Shown here piece after piece: positions 46,732-55,363 of a stretch of 64,000 nt of DNA. Position 1 is the stretch's first letter; the number at the start of each line of letters is the position of its first letter. Source of the DNA: Cladosporium halotolerans (lineage: Eukaryota); NCBI RefSeq assembly GCF_011745625.1, contig NW_027191471.1, positions 248,001-312,000 on the forward strand. Reading direction: 5' to 3'. A model generated the notes under the pieces. The model saw nothing but the letters and a program-made list of their open reading frames with translations, was not told the origin of the DNA and did no database searches. The translations under genes were made by a program, and so were the position numbers.

Positions 46732-47785
46732 TTACACAAGCGTCTCCGCCCTTCTAATCATCTCTTCGTACACCGTCCACGCCAACGCACTGCTCAGCGC
46801 CTTCCTCCCAATCCTCAAGCTCAGCCCATCAAACATACTCCTCAGCCCCTCCTCGCGCAGCATCATCCCCGCCGCCTGCACCATATTCCCATACTTGGCC
46901 GGCATAAGCTGCAAGCGCGTCTTGATCGCATCGAACGGATTCGTGATCGTCGTCGCCGACACAGCAGCCACAATGCCCGAGACAAAATTCGTCGACGCCG
47001 CGCTCGTCGCCGTCGCCGCCCCTCCCGCATCCCCAAACACAGCTCCTCCTCCCCCCTCCATCGGCACCGCCCGCCTCTTCAACTCCCCTACCCTCGCCTT
47101 CGCCTGCTCATAAACCAGCACGTACAAGCCCGCGTACGGCGCGTCGCGCACGGCCGTCGCTCCAAACCCAGCGAAGAACCCGCGCACGCCCTCAGAGGCT
47201 ACAATGTGCCTCGCGGCGCCGGCGAGCGAGGTGTAAGAGTAGTACGAGCTCTCGTAGCGCACCTTCAGCACCGTGACGGGGTTCATGATGAACCCGGCCG
47301 CGACGCGCGCCAGAGCGCCAGACGACAGGTTCGCGATGTTGCTCAGTTTCGGCAGGGCCGAGGACGAGGCGGCGGAGGAGGTCGCGCCGCGCGCGGCATA
47401 GCTGCGCATGCTGTTCAGCATGCCGAAGTAGAGGGCGGAGCCGAAGCCGGTGCGGATGACGGAGGGCGTGGTGCCGCGCCAGAGCTGGCGCACGGGGTTG
47501 GGGCCATTGATGATCTGGCGGAAGGCTTGCGAGAGGGTGGAGGAGCGGGACTGCTGGACGCGGGTTTTGAGCAGGTCGGCGGGCTGCAGGAGGAAGGCGG
47601 TTGAGCAGCCGGAGCCGAGGCCGGCTAGGAAGTGGAAAGCTGGTGGAGAGAGTCAGTTTTGGGGGGTTTTTGGGGGTTTTTTGGTAGGTTCGTGAGGTGA
47701 GGTGTAGTTTCTTGGGCAAACATAAGCAGAGGCAGTCGAACATACCAGCAGACGCCTTCTTCCGGTCCTGCACTCCATTGGACAT
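46732..47785 (-). CDS. HEM25: Mitochondrial glycine carrier (SLC25A38/Hem25-like); exons 47785-47746, 47639-46732
   Basis: After intron 47640-47745: [10 protein letters not shown]...[12 protein letters not shown]. Also [64 protein letters not shown]. Confidence 0.9.
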
Positions 47786-48469
47786 TGCAGTCTTGTCACT
47801 CAAGCCTTCATGCTGCAGAAAACATAGAAGGGTATTCAAGGAAGCATCCTCGGTGAGTCGTGAGCGGGATAAGTCGTTTGTATGATCTTTAGAAGGATGC
47901 GAAAGCGTCCCGACTCGCTCGCGCTCGCGTCAAAAGTTCCCCAGGGCGCGTGCGTCATTGATTTGCCCTGACCGTCGTCCATTGGAGTCAAAGCGCCGGA
48001 AGCGAGAGGACGCAGCTCCGGGCGAGTCAACGATACCTAAGATTGGAAAAGACCGGGTTCACAGGATTGCATAAGAAGGTGCATACATGGAAATATTACA
48101 GTGATGGTATTACGACTAGTCGAGTTATGTAGGTAGGTAGATAGACACGCATATACGAGCAGTAAGACTCTCAGGAAAAACAAAGGAAATAAAGTGCAAG
48201 AAAAACCGCGACTCGGAAAAAAACTATCCACAAGATCCAGTCTGGGTATATCGCAGATCAAACAACAAGTGGCAGCGAATGATAATAAAAGAATCCAAGG
48301 GCCGAAAATGGGACCTCGAGGCCCGGGTATCTTTGCGCCAGAGAAATGCACAAAAGCGACGGAGATGTGGCGGGTAGGCGCAGCAACTCCTTCTCTCACT
48401 CTCTCCTCGATGGGTCAAGAACAAAGGAAATGGGGTGCACTAGCGAGTGCAAGAGGATGAAAGGCTGGC

Positions 48470-51400
48470 TTAAGCACCCTCTTCCTCGGCTCCAGTAACG
48501 CTCTCGGGCTCGTCCAGCTCGTCTTCCAAGCTACGGAAGGCGGGCGGCTGGTCGTCTTCGACGTTGTCCAGATCCTCGTCACCTTCGGCATCCGGCTCAA
48601 GCTCGTCGTCGAAATCTGGGATCTGGGACGGCGCATCTTGCGCGTCGTGATCGTAGTCATTGGCTGCGAAGAGCTCCGGCGGGGTGCTAGGGTGGTCCTG
48701 CTCTGTCTCGACGTCGGTCACGGGCTGCTTACCCTGAGCCTTGGATGAGAACTCAGAGGGAGCAGGCTCATCCTCTTGGCGAGAAGTCGCACGCGAGAGA
48801 GCGGGCGCAGGAACCGAGCTGGTAGCCTCAGGTGCCGGAGAAGAGCGCAAGTTGGTAGCCGGGGGTGTCATCAGGCCGGCAAAGGAGGACGGAGGGGCCC
48901 GGGCGGAGACGGAAGGCCTAGAGGGCGTGTTGGAACGGGAAGGCGCAGCGCTGCCGCTCTTGGACTGCTGTTGCGACTTGAGCGTGTTGCTCTCCATACT
49001 GTTGCGCCACTTGTTGAACAAGCTGGTCGCTTTCGGTGTCGCAAAGCTTGTGAAGCTAGCCAGGGCCTGACCAGGCAGCGAGCCGCTTTGGCCAAAGCGT
49101 TCCTTCTCCTGCTGCTCCATCTGCAGGTTGGCACGGATGCGGATAGCAGTGTCGCGAACAGTGTCACGGTCGAATGTCGGGCGAGAAAGGGCATTGATGA
49201 GCTCAGTCAGCTCCTCGCTGCGAACGCCGAGAAGTTCGCGAAGCCAGGCGATCTCGGTGTCGCGCTCCTTGATCTTCGCAGGCCCTTCAGTCTTCGCCTT
49301 TTGCTGCAATTGCTCGATGCGTGTCTCGCGCTCCTGGAGCTGCTCCTGCAGAACCAAGATGGACTCGCGGAGGGCTTGTGGGGAGATCTTCTCAGGAATA
49401 GTGCTGCGAGCGTTCGGCGTCGGAGAGTTCTTGCCCTGGGCGCTCATAGCAGCTGCTTGCGCAGCAGACTTAGTGACCTCGAGACGCTCCTCCAGGTGCA
49501 GGACTCTGTCCTGGAAGTGCTGCAGCTTGGCATCAGCAAGAGTGAGGCGCTCGTTCAGGAAGTACTCGGAGCGGTCCTTGTCCTCGACCGCGTGGCGAAG
49601 CGCGCGACTGTGCTGGGCCTTCAGGTCCTCAACCGCAGAATCGTAGTTGGTCCTGGCCTTGTCGAGCGCGACGCTGTTGTCGTGGTTCACCTTGCGGAGA
49701 GCCTCACGCTTCTCGTCAGACTCAGCCTCGAGCATAATAGCGTGGCGCTCTTTGGCGGTGTCGGCATCCATGCGAACGCTGTCCAACTCAGCGCGCACCC
49801 GAGCGAGCTCGCTCTCGTACTCAGCGCGAACAATGTTGACCTGGTGGTTCGCCGCCTCGACATCCGTCTCAAGAGACATGCGGGTACGGTGGATTTCAGC
49901 GCGAGCGGATTCCCTAGCATCATGGTAATCGCGCTCCCAACGAGCAGTGAGAGCCTGCTGTTCCTTCAGCTCAGCCTGCTGCTTGCGAACCATCTCATCG
50001 AGCGACGCCTTCGAGGAGCGCATGTGGTCGAGCGAAAGCCTTGCATCCGTCGACTCCGCAGCAACAGCCCGCAGCTCACGGGCTTCCTCCTCGAGCGCGG
50101 CCCTCTCGCGCATGTGCACGTTGTTCTGCGCTTCGAGGACCTCGCAGCGAGCAATGTAATCCTCCTCTCTCGCGCGCCAGCTGGCCTTCTCGGTCGCCAG
50201 CTGGCCGGCAGCGGTAGCCATGTCGGAGTGCAGCTTCTCAAGCCTGCGGCGCATGCCATTGCCGGAGTCCTGAGTCTCCTCGAACTGGCGTTCAAGGCCA
50301 ACAATGGTGTTCTCAAGCTCCTCGCGCTCACGCTTGCCACCCTCGAGCTCCGCCTGCAGGCGGAGCTCGAACTCATCGCGCATACGGTTGCCGGCCTCGC
50401 GGGCAGACTGCAGACGCGATTCAAACTCGTCACGCACACGGTTGTGCGCCTCGCGCTCGGCCTGGAGACGGACCTCGAACTCTTCGCGCATGTACTTTCC
50501 AGACTCGTGATCCTTCTGCAGACGCAGCTCGAACTCCGTGCGCTCGCGCTTGTTAGCCTCCTGCTCGGCTCTGAGACGCTGCTCAGCCTGGACGGTAGCA
50601 TTGGCGAGCTCCGCCTTCTCGAGCTGCGCAGCCTCATGCTCAGCAAACGCACGCTGCTCAAGATCGGCAAGAGACTTCTCAAGCCTCTGCCTCTCCTGGT
50701 CAGCAGCCTCCTGCTGCGCAACGAGGCGCTGCTCCAGCTCGCTGACGTTGCTCTCGAGCTCGTCGCGCTCGGACTTGTTCTCGTCGATCTCCTGGCGCCA
50801 CCTGTGGCTAGAGGTGCGGTACTCCTCGAGCGTGGCCTGCATGGCCTCGTGCTCGGCCTCCATGCTCTGGCAGCGCTCCTCGGCCTGCTCGTGCGCCTGC
50901 TCGGCGGCCTCGGCGCGCTGGCGGAGCTCCTGGCGCTCTTGCTCGAGAGCGTGGAGTCTCGCGTCGTCGTCCTGGCTGGACTCGCGAAGCAGTCTGAGCT
51001 CCTCTTCCGCCAGCTTGAGCATACGCCTGACGTCGGCCTCGCGAGCCTCGGCCTGCTGTCTGTTGTTGGCGTCCTCAAGCGCGTTGGCAAGAGTCTCGTC
51101 GAGGCGGTTCTTCATCTCCTTGACTTCGCGCAACGATTCCTGCGAATCCTCGGCAGGAGGCGCGATCTGCTTGGGCTGCCTGTTGACGGCCTCTTCGACA
51201 ATGAGGCGGATGTCTTCAAGCTCAAGGCTGGCGGAGGCGGCCCTCGCGAAGGAAACCTTCATGTCAGCAAGCGCAGAGTGCAGGTCTGCGATGTCGTGGT
51301 ACGACTGCGAGGAGGCCGGAGCCTGCTCGCGGATCGCTTCAAGAACGATGGACTTGATCTGGCCCAGCTTGAAGTCGCGGCCGCGGGAAACGGGACGCTG

Positions 51401-54400
51401 GCGCTGAGAGTCATTGACGTCGTCCTCATCGTCCGCATCGCTTTCCGCGATGGAGGAGCTTCGAGGCTTGAGCGTGAGCTGCTGGTCAACAGACCTAGCG
51501 CGCTTGGTGACGGTGTTCTGGATGGCGCGAAGGCTGACCTCCAGAGGCTGAAGGCGGCGGTCGACGACACGGCCAATGACGCTATCAATGTGGCTGTCGA
51601 AGAACATGCTGCGCTGCTGAAGTTTGTCTTCATCAACAGGCGACAGCAGGCCCGACCAGTCGCTGTGTGCCGTCTCGTCGAGTTTGTTGAGACGCTGCGG
51701 TGGCCATCCGTTCATGCCCTGGTGCTGTTCGCCACTGTCGCTGCGATCGTGAGCGGTGAAAGATGACTCGTTGTGATTCTGGTAAGGAAGCTGTTGACGC
51801 TTGGGGCTTGGGCTGGGTGCATCACTACGGGGCCAACCAGGGATGTATGTAACGCCCTTGGGAGGCTGGAGGTCAGGGCTGCGAGAAGGCGAGATAGTTT
51901 TTGACGGACTCTCGTTCGGGACAGTCTCGACCTCGTTCATTTGCTGCATGATCGCATCGATTTCATCGAATGTCGGCTCGCCACGCGGCTCGTCGCTGGT
52001 CTCCACGCTGTCGGGAAGGTTGTACGGCCTGAGCGGCTCCGACAGAGAAGGCGTAGTATCACGGTCTGTAGGCGCCTCCTCATGCGTATTAGCCGCATGG
52101 ACGGGCACAGCAGGAGCAGGCTCGTCTTCGACGATCTCGCCTTCTTCCAGCTCGCTGATAGATTCCTGCGGAACATGGGTGTTCTTGACAGGAGACTTGG
52201 CTTGCTCGAGAGACGACTGTGGGCCGTGGAACACAAAAGGCCTGGCCATGGCAGAGAGCGAGCTGCTCGACTTCTTGTGGCCTTTCTGGTAAGTGGATGG
52301 AGCCGCAGCTTGCACAGTTTTGTTGGCATTCTGCACGGTCGCTTCTGGCTCAAGTTCCTTGTTCGAACGCTTGGGGGAGCCCTCGGGGCTTCTTGCGACG
52401 GGGAACATGTCCGCTGGCTGCGTCGGGACGACAGGCGTGGGTGTAGGTTCGGCGAACTGAGGAACTTCATCTCCATCGCTGCCGCCGAAAGCGCGTTGCC
52501 TCTTCTGGCGCTCGTCACCGCGCTTGAGACGGCCTTCATCGTCCTCAACTTCAGTGCCGGAATCAGCATTTGCCTTACTAGGCTGGAGAATGGGCACAGC
52601 CTTGGACTTCTTGGTCGGCTTGACGATCTCCGGAATGGTGACCTTGCCAAAGATCTTGCCCTCGTCAGAAGAGCCGACTTCCGTGCTGGTCGGCTGGAAT
52701 GCCGGCGCATCCACCTTGAAGGACGGACCGCTGGCGGAGAAACTGAAGCCCGAAGAGGGCACAGTTGAGGAGTTGCCGGGCTCGAACGTGACCGCAGCAG
52801 GGTTGAAATGACCGGAAGACTTCTGCCTGGAGTGTGTCGTTGACGTCGCCGAGGGAGGGGCAATAGGCTCCTGGGCTGGTTCCGCGCGGAAGGAAAAGGA
52901 GCTCGCGCCCGGTTGGAACTCTGCGCTGGGGTTGAAGCGGAATGAGGACGCAGGGGGAGCAACGGGCGGAGTAGGCGCAGGTGGGGCGATGATGTTCGCG
53001 CGGGTGCCTGTCTTCCTGTGGCCACGAGCTGCCTGGGCCACGACGAAGTCACCACCAAGAGGGTCCTTCTCCTCGACAGGCGTTTCCTCCTCCTCGGCAG
53101 CAGGCTTGAAATCGTTGATTTGAGGGTGGAAGCCATTCGTCATTGGGGCTTGCGATCCGAACTGGCCGAAACCACCGAATGGTCGAACCTCATCTTCTTG
53201 ACGACGCTGCTCTGCCTCCATGACCTCGCGCTCCAGGCCCTCGCTGATGTTGTGACGATGGCCTCGGGGCGTCGGGATTGCGATCTCATGACCGGACTGC
53301 TGTCGCTTAGCAGGGGGCACGTATGGCTGAGGGTCCGATAGTTCTTCTTCGTCCTCATCCTCGGGCAGTTCCGGCAATACAGGCTGGGGTCCAATGCTCA
53401 GACGACCAGTCTGCGGAGAGAAATTCCTCGACATAGACGGCACTTGCACAGACTGCGAGTAGCCATGCTGTCTGCGCCTTTGGTCGTCAATCATGCCCCT
53501 GCTGTAATCTGAAGTCGATTGCGGTAGAACCTGGTTGGTGAGCGGTGATCCAGGGCCGCGCAAGCCACCAAGCTCGTTGCGCAAAGCCGTGACCTGCGCA
53601 GGAGAGCCGATACGAGGAAGCTGAGATTGTGTGATAGGCGAGAAGTTTCCAAGACCAGGAAGCGGCGCTTGACGGGGCTGGTCTTGTGCTTGCTGACTAG
53701 GTGATACGAATCCAGGGAATGCACCGTGGAAGGTAGAGTGACGGTGCATGTGTCCAAACGGACCATTGAGCGGCGAAATTGGAGAAGCCATGGACATTGT
53801 GTGAGAGTGGCCACGGATCATGCCGGGGCGGCCGATACTGGCGGCGGAGCCAGTCGTGAGCGGCGGCGAGAATGGCAGAGGTGGGTACTGGTTTGAGGAC
53901 TGGCGAGACATGTCCTGCGAAGGAGGCGCCGGCGCGGGTTCATCGTCTCCCATGCTCACGCCGAGAGCCGCAAGCCTGGCTTCCGTCAAAGCCTCCATGT
54001 AATCGGCCCAAAGCTTGCTGTTGGGCAGCTGCACTTTGTGTTCTTTGTTGTCGAGCATATGCTGCTTCATTTCCGCCTCATCTGGCCACATTGGCTTGGC
54101 ATGCATAGACATGTCATCTCCAGGGATCACGTAACTAATGTCGAATCCACTTGTGTCGTAGCCCTCGTCTTCAAACCCCTTTAGTCTTTGCTGGAACTCC
54201 TCATTGCTCATGGGCTTCATCAGCCCAAGCGCATCGTAGTCGAGTTTCGGAATCGAGATGATACAGTTTTTTCCGCGCCAACTAACGCGTTTCCTAAGTT
54301 TGGGCGGCGCCAGTCGCGTGGGTTCCGGAAGTGGTTTCACCAGGTCTGCCGGATTGCGCTGTTCAGATTCGCTCTTGCTGTGCTCGTTCTCTGAGACTTC

Positions 54401-55363
54401 GATCGACGGTGGCTCTGTTCTCTTCTCTGGGGCGACAGGCTCTGCGGCTGTGTTCTCTGCGCCACTGTTCGCCTGGTCTTGAGTTGTGTCCTCTTCGGCA
54501 TTCTCGTCATCCGCCGGGGGCGCAGGCAATGGCTTCTCGTCGAAGTAGCCGGGATTCTTCGAATCATGCATCGCAGACATCTTTGCCGGCGATTCGTCCT
54601 CAGACGGGGTGGCAGCCCACCGCGACGCCTGCAAGCCAGCCATATCCGTGACCTTCTCCTCTTGAAGAATGTTCCAAAAAGACTGCTGATCTAGCGTCCT
54701 GTTCTCTTCCCTTGTCTTGTGACCACGCGGCCTGCCTCGAGAGCTCGCTCTAGAAATACTAGGGTCTCTGCTTTGAGAGTTGTAGTCCGATCCTTCGCCC
54801 CACCAGTGATCCCTCGCTAGCGGTTTATAAGGTACTTCTGCCCAGCGCTTTGTTCGCGAGCGTGGCGTGTGATCGTTGTCCTCTTCGAACGGGCCTGCTG
54901 TCGGAACGTCGAGCAGGGATGGGCGTGTGACGGGGGATGGCGGGTCGTTGAATCTGCTCGGGATCAAGTGCTCTAGACTGAAGCTAGGACCTGGCGAGGA
55001 GTTTGTGAAGCGGTCGCTGTACTCTTGTTCGGAGACGGCCGTACGGGCTGAGCGCGACAGAAGGGATGGGGAAAACTGATACGGCGATCCCCAAGCTGCG
55101 GTGTAGTACTCAGAAGCGTGATCCGGAAGCTCGGATGCTGGACTGGGCTGGCGGGCCCGGTTGTGCGCGGGAGTCCTGGGTATCTCAAGATGGGTGATGT
55201 CCGATGCAACACTGATGTCGTCTGATATCTTGACAGAGGCGGCGCGTGAGCGGGACGATGGGCGGTGTTCAGAAGGTGATTCCGGGGCTAGGACGAGATC
55301 ATAGCTGCCTGAGGGCGATGATGTCGGCGACAGTCTGGGTTTGCTTGCCGAAGGGCCTGCCAT
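48470..55363 (-). CDS. Very large (up to 2297 aa) protein with a disordered N-half carrying PAM2-like motifs and a long C-terminal coiled coil; no myosin motor
   Basis: Uninterrupted ORF with strong codon bias. The E/R/Q/L-rich helical region spans about aa 1400-2080. The start codon is uncertain (55363 or 54643). Confidence 0.85.
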   Translation of the reverse strand: MAGPSASKPRLSPTSSPSGSYDLVLAPESPSEHRPSSRSRAASVKISDDISVASDITHLEIPRTPAHNRARQPSPASELPDHASEYYTAAWGSPYQFSPSLLSRSARTAVSEQEYSDRFTNSSPGPSFSLEHLIPSRFNDPPSPVTRPSLLDVPTAGPFEEDNDHTPRSRTKRWAEVPYKPLARDHWWGEGSDYNSQSRDPSISRASSRGRPRGHKTREENRTLDQQSFWNILQEEKVTDMAGLQASRWAATPSEDESPAKMSAMHDSKNPGYFDEKPLPAPPADDENAEEDTTQDQANSGAENTAAEPVAPEKRTEPPSIEVSENEHSKSESEQRNPADLVKPLPEPTRLAPPKLRKRVSWRGKNCIISIPKLDYDALGLMKPMSNEEFQQRLKGFEDEGYDTSGFDISYVIPGDDMSMHAKPMWPDEAEMKQHMLDNKEHKVQLPNSKLWADYMEALTEARLAALGVSMGDDEPAPAPPSQDMSRQSSNQYPPLPFSPPLTTGSAASIGRPGMIRGHSHTMSMASPISPLNGPFGHMHRHSTFHGAFPGFVSPSQQAQDQPRQAPLPGLGNFSPITQSQLPRIGSPAQVTALRNELGGLRGPGSPLTNQVLPQSTSDYSRGMIDDQRRRQHGYSQSVQVPSMSRNFSPQTGRLSIGPQPVLPELPEDEDEEELSDPQPYVPPAKRQQSGHEIAIPTPRGHRHNISEGLEREVMEAEQRRQEDEVRPFGGFGQFGSQAPMTNGFHPQINDFKPAAEEEETPVEEKDPLGGDFVVAQAARGHRKTGTRANIIAPPAPTPPVAPPASSFRFNPSAEFQPGASSFSFRAEPAQEPIAPPSATSTTHSRQKSSGHFNPAAVTFEPGNSSTVPSSGFSFSASGPSFKVDAPAFQPTSTEVGSSDEGKIFGKVTIPEIVKPTKKSKAVPILQPSKANADSGTEVEDDEGRLKRGDERQKRQRAFGGSDGDEVPQFAEPTPTPVVPTQPADMFPVARSPEGSPKRSNKELEPEATVQNANKTVQAAAPSTYQKGHKKSSSSLSAMARPFVFHGPQSSLEQAKSPVKNTHVPQESISELEEGEIVEDEPAPAVPVHAANTHEEAPTDRDTTPSLSEPLRPYNLPDSVETSDEPRGEPTFDEIDAIMQQMNEVETVPNESPSKTISPSRSPDLQPPKGVTYIPGWPRSDAPSPSPKRQQLPYQNHNESSFTAHDRSDSGEQHQGMNGWPPQRLNKLDETAHSDWSGLLSPVDEDKLQQRSMFFDSHIDSVIGRVVDRRLQPLEVSLRAIQNTVTKRARSVDQQLTLKPRSSSIAESDADDEDDVNDSQRQRPVSRGRDFKLGQIKSIVLEAIREQAPASSQSYHDIADLHSALADMKVSFARAASASLELEDIRLIVEEAVNRQPKQIAPPAEDSQESLREVKEMKNRLDETLANALEDANNRQQAEAREADVRRMLKLAEEELRLLRESSQDDDARLHALEQERQELRQRAEAAEQAHEQAEERCQSMEAEHEAMQATLEEYRTSSHRWRQEIDENKSERDELESNVSELEQRLVAQQEAADQERQRLEKSLADLEQRAFAEHEAAQLEKAELANATVQAEQRLRAEQEANKRERTEFELRLQKDHESGKYMREEFEVRLQAEREAHNRVRDEFESRLQSAREAGNRMRDEFELRLQAELEGGKREREELENTIVGLERQFEETQDSGNGMRRRLEKLHSDMATAAGQLATEKASWRAREEDYIARCEVLEAQNNVHMRERAALEEEARELRAVAAESTDARLSLDHMRSSKASLDEMVRKQQAELKEQQALTARWERDYHDARESARAEIHRTRMSLETDVEAANHQVNIVRAEYESELARVRAELDSVRMDADTAKERHAIMLEAESDEKREALRKVNHDNSVALDKARTNYDSAVEDLKAQHSRALRHAVEDKDRSEYFLNERLTLADAKLQHFQDRVLHLEERLEVTKSAAQAAAMSAQGKNSPTPNARSTIPEKISPQALRESILVLQEQLQERETRIEQLQQKAKTEGPAKIKERDTEIAWLRELLGVRSEELTELINALSRPTFDRDTVRDTAIRIRANLQMEQQEKERFGQSGSLPGQALASFTSFATPKATSLFNKWRNSMESNTLKSQQQSKSGSAAPSRSNTPSRPSVSARAPPSSFAGLMTPPATNLRSSPAPEATSSVPAPALSRATSRQEDEPAPSEFSSKAQGKQPVTDVETEQDHPSTPPELFAANDYDHDAQDAPSQIPDFDDELEPDAEGDEDLDNVEDDQPPAFRSLEDELDEPESVTGAEEEGA
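50312..50551 (-). repeat. 54-bp (18-aa) coding tandem repeat R(T/E/D)EFExRLQ within the coiled coil, 4-5 copies
   Basis: RTEFELRLQKDHESGKYM / REEFEVRLQAEREAHNRV / RDEFESRLQSAREAGNRM / RDEFELRLQAELEGGKRE / REELEN. Confidence 0.85.

Noticed and set aside
47657..47688. Alternating T and G homopolymer runs in the HEM25 intron
   Set aside because: Short low-complexity intronic tract with too few long G-runs for a confident G-quadruplex.
48776..51766. 996-aa plus-strand ORF
   Set aside because: It lies antisense to the codon-biased coiled-coil gene and has no recognisable motif, so it is treated as a shadow ORF. The same applies to 8880-10613, 1900-3348 and 41263-42129.
48470..55363. Calling the large coiled-coil protein a myosin heavy chain
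   Set aside because: No motor domain or GESGAGKT P-loop is present.
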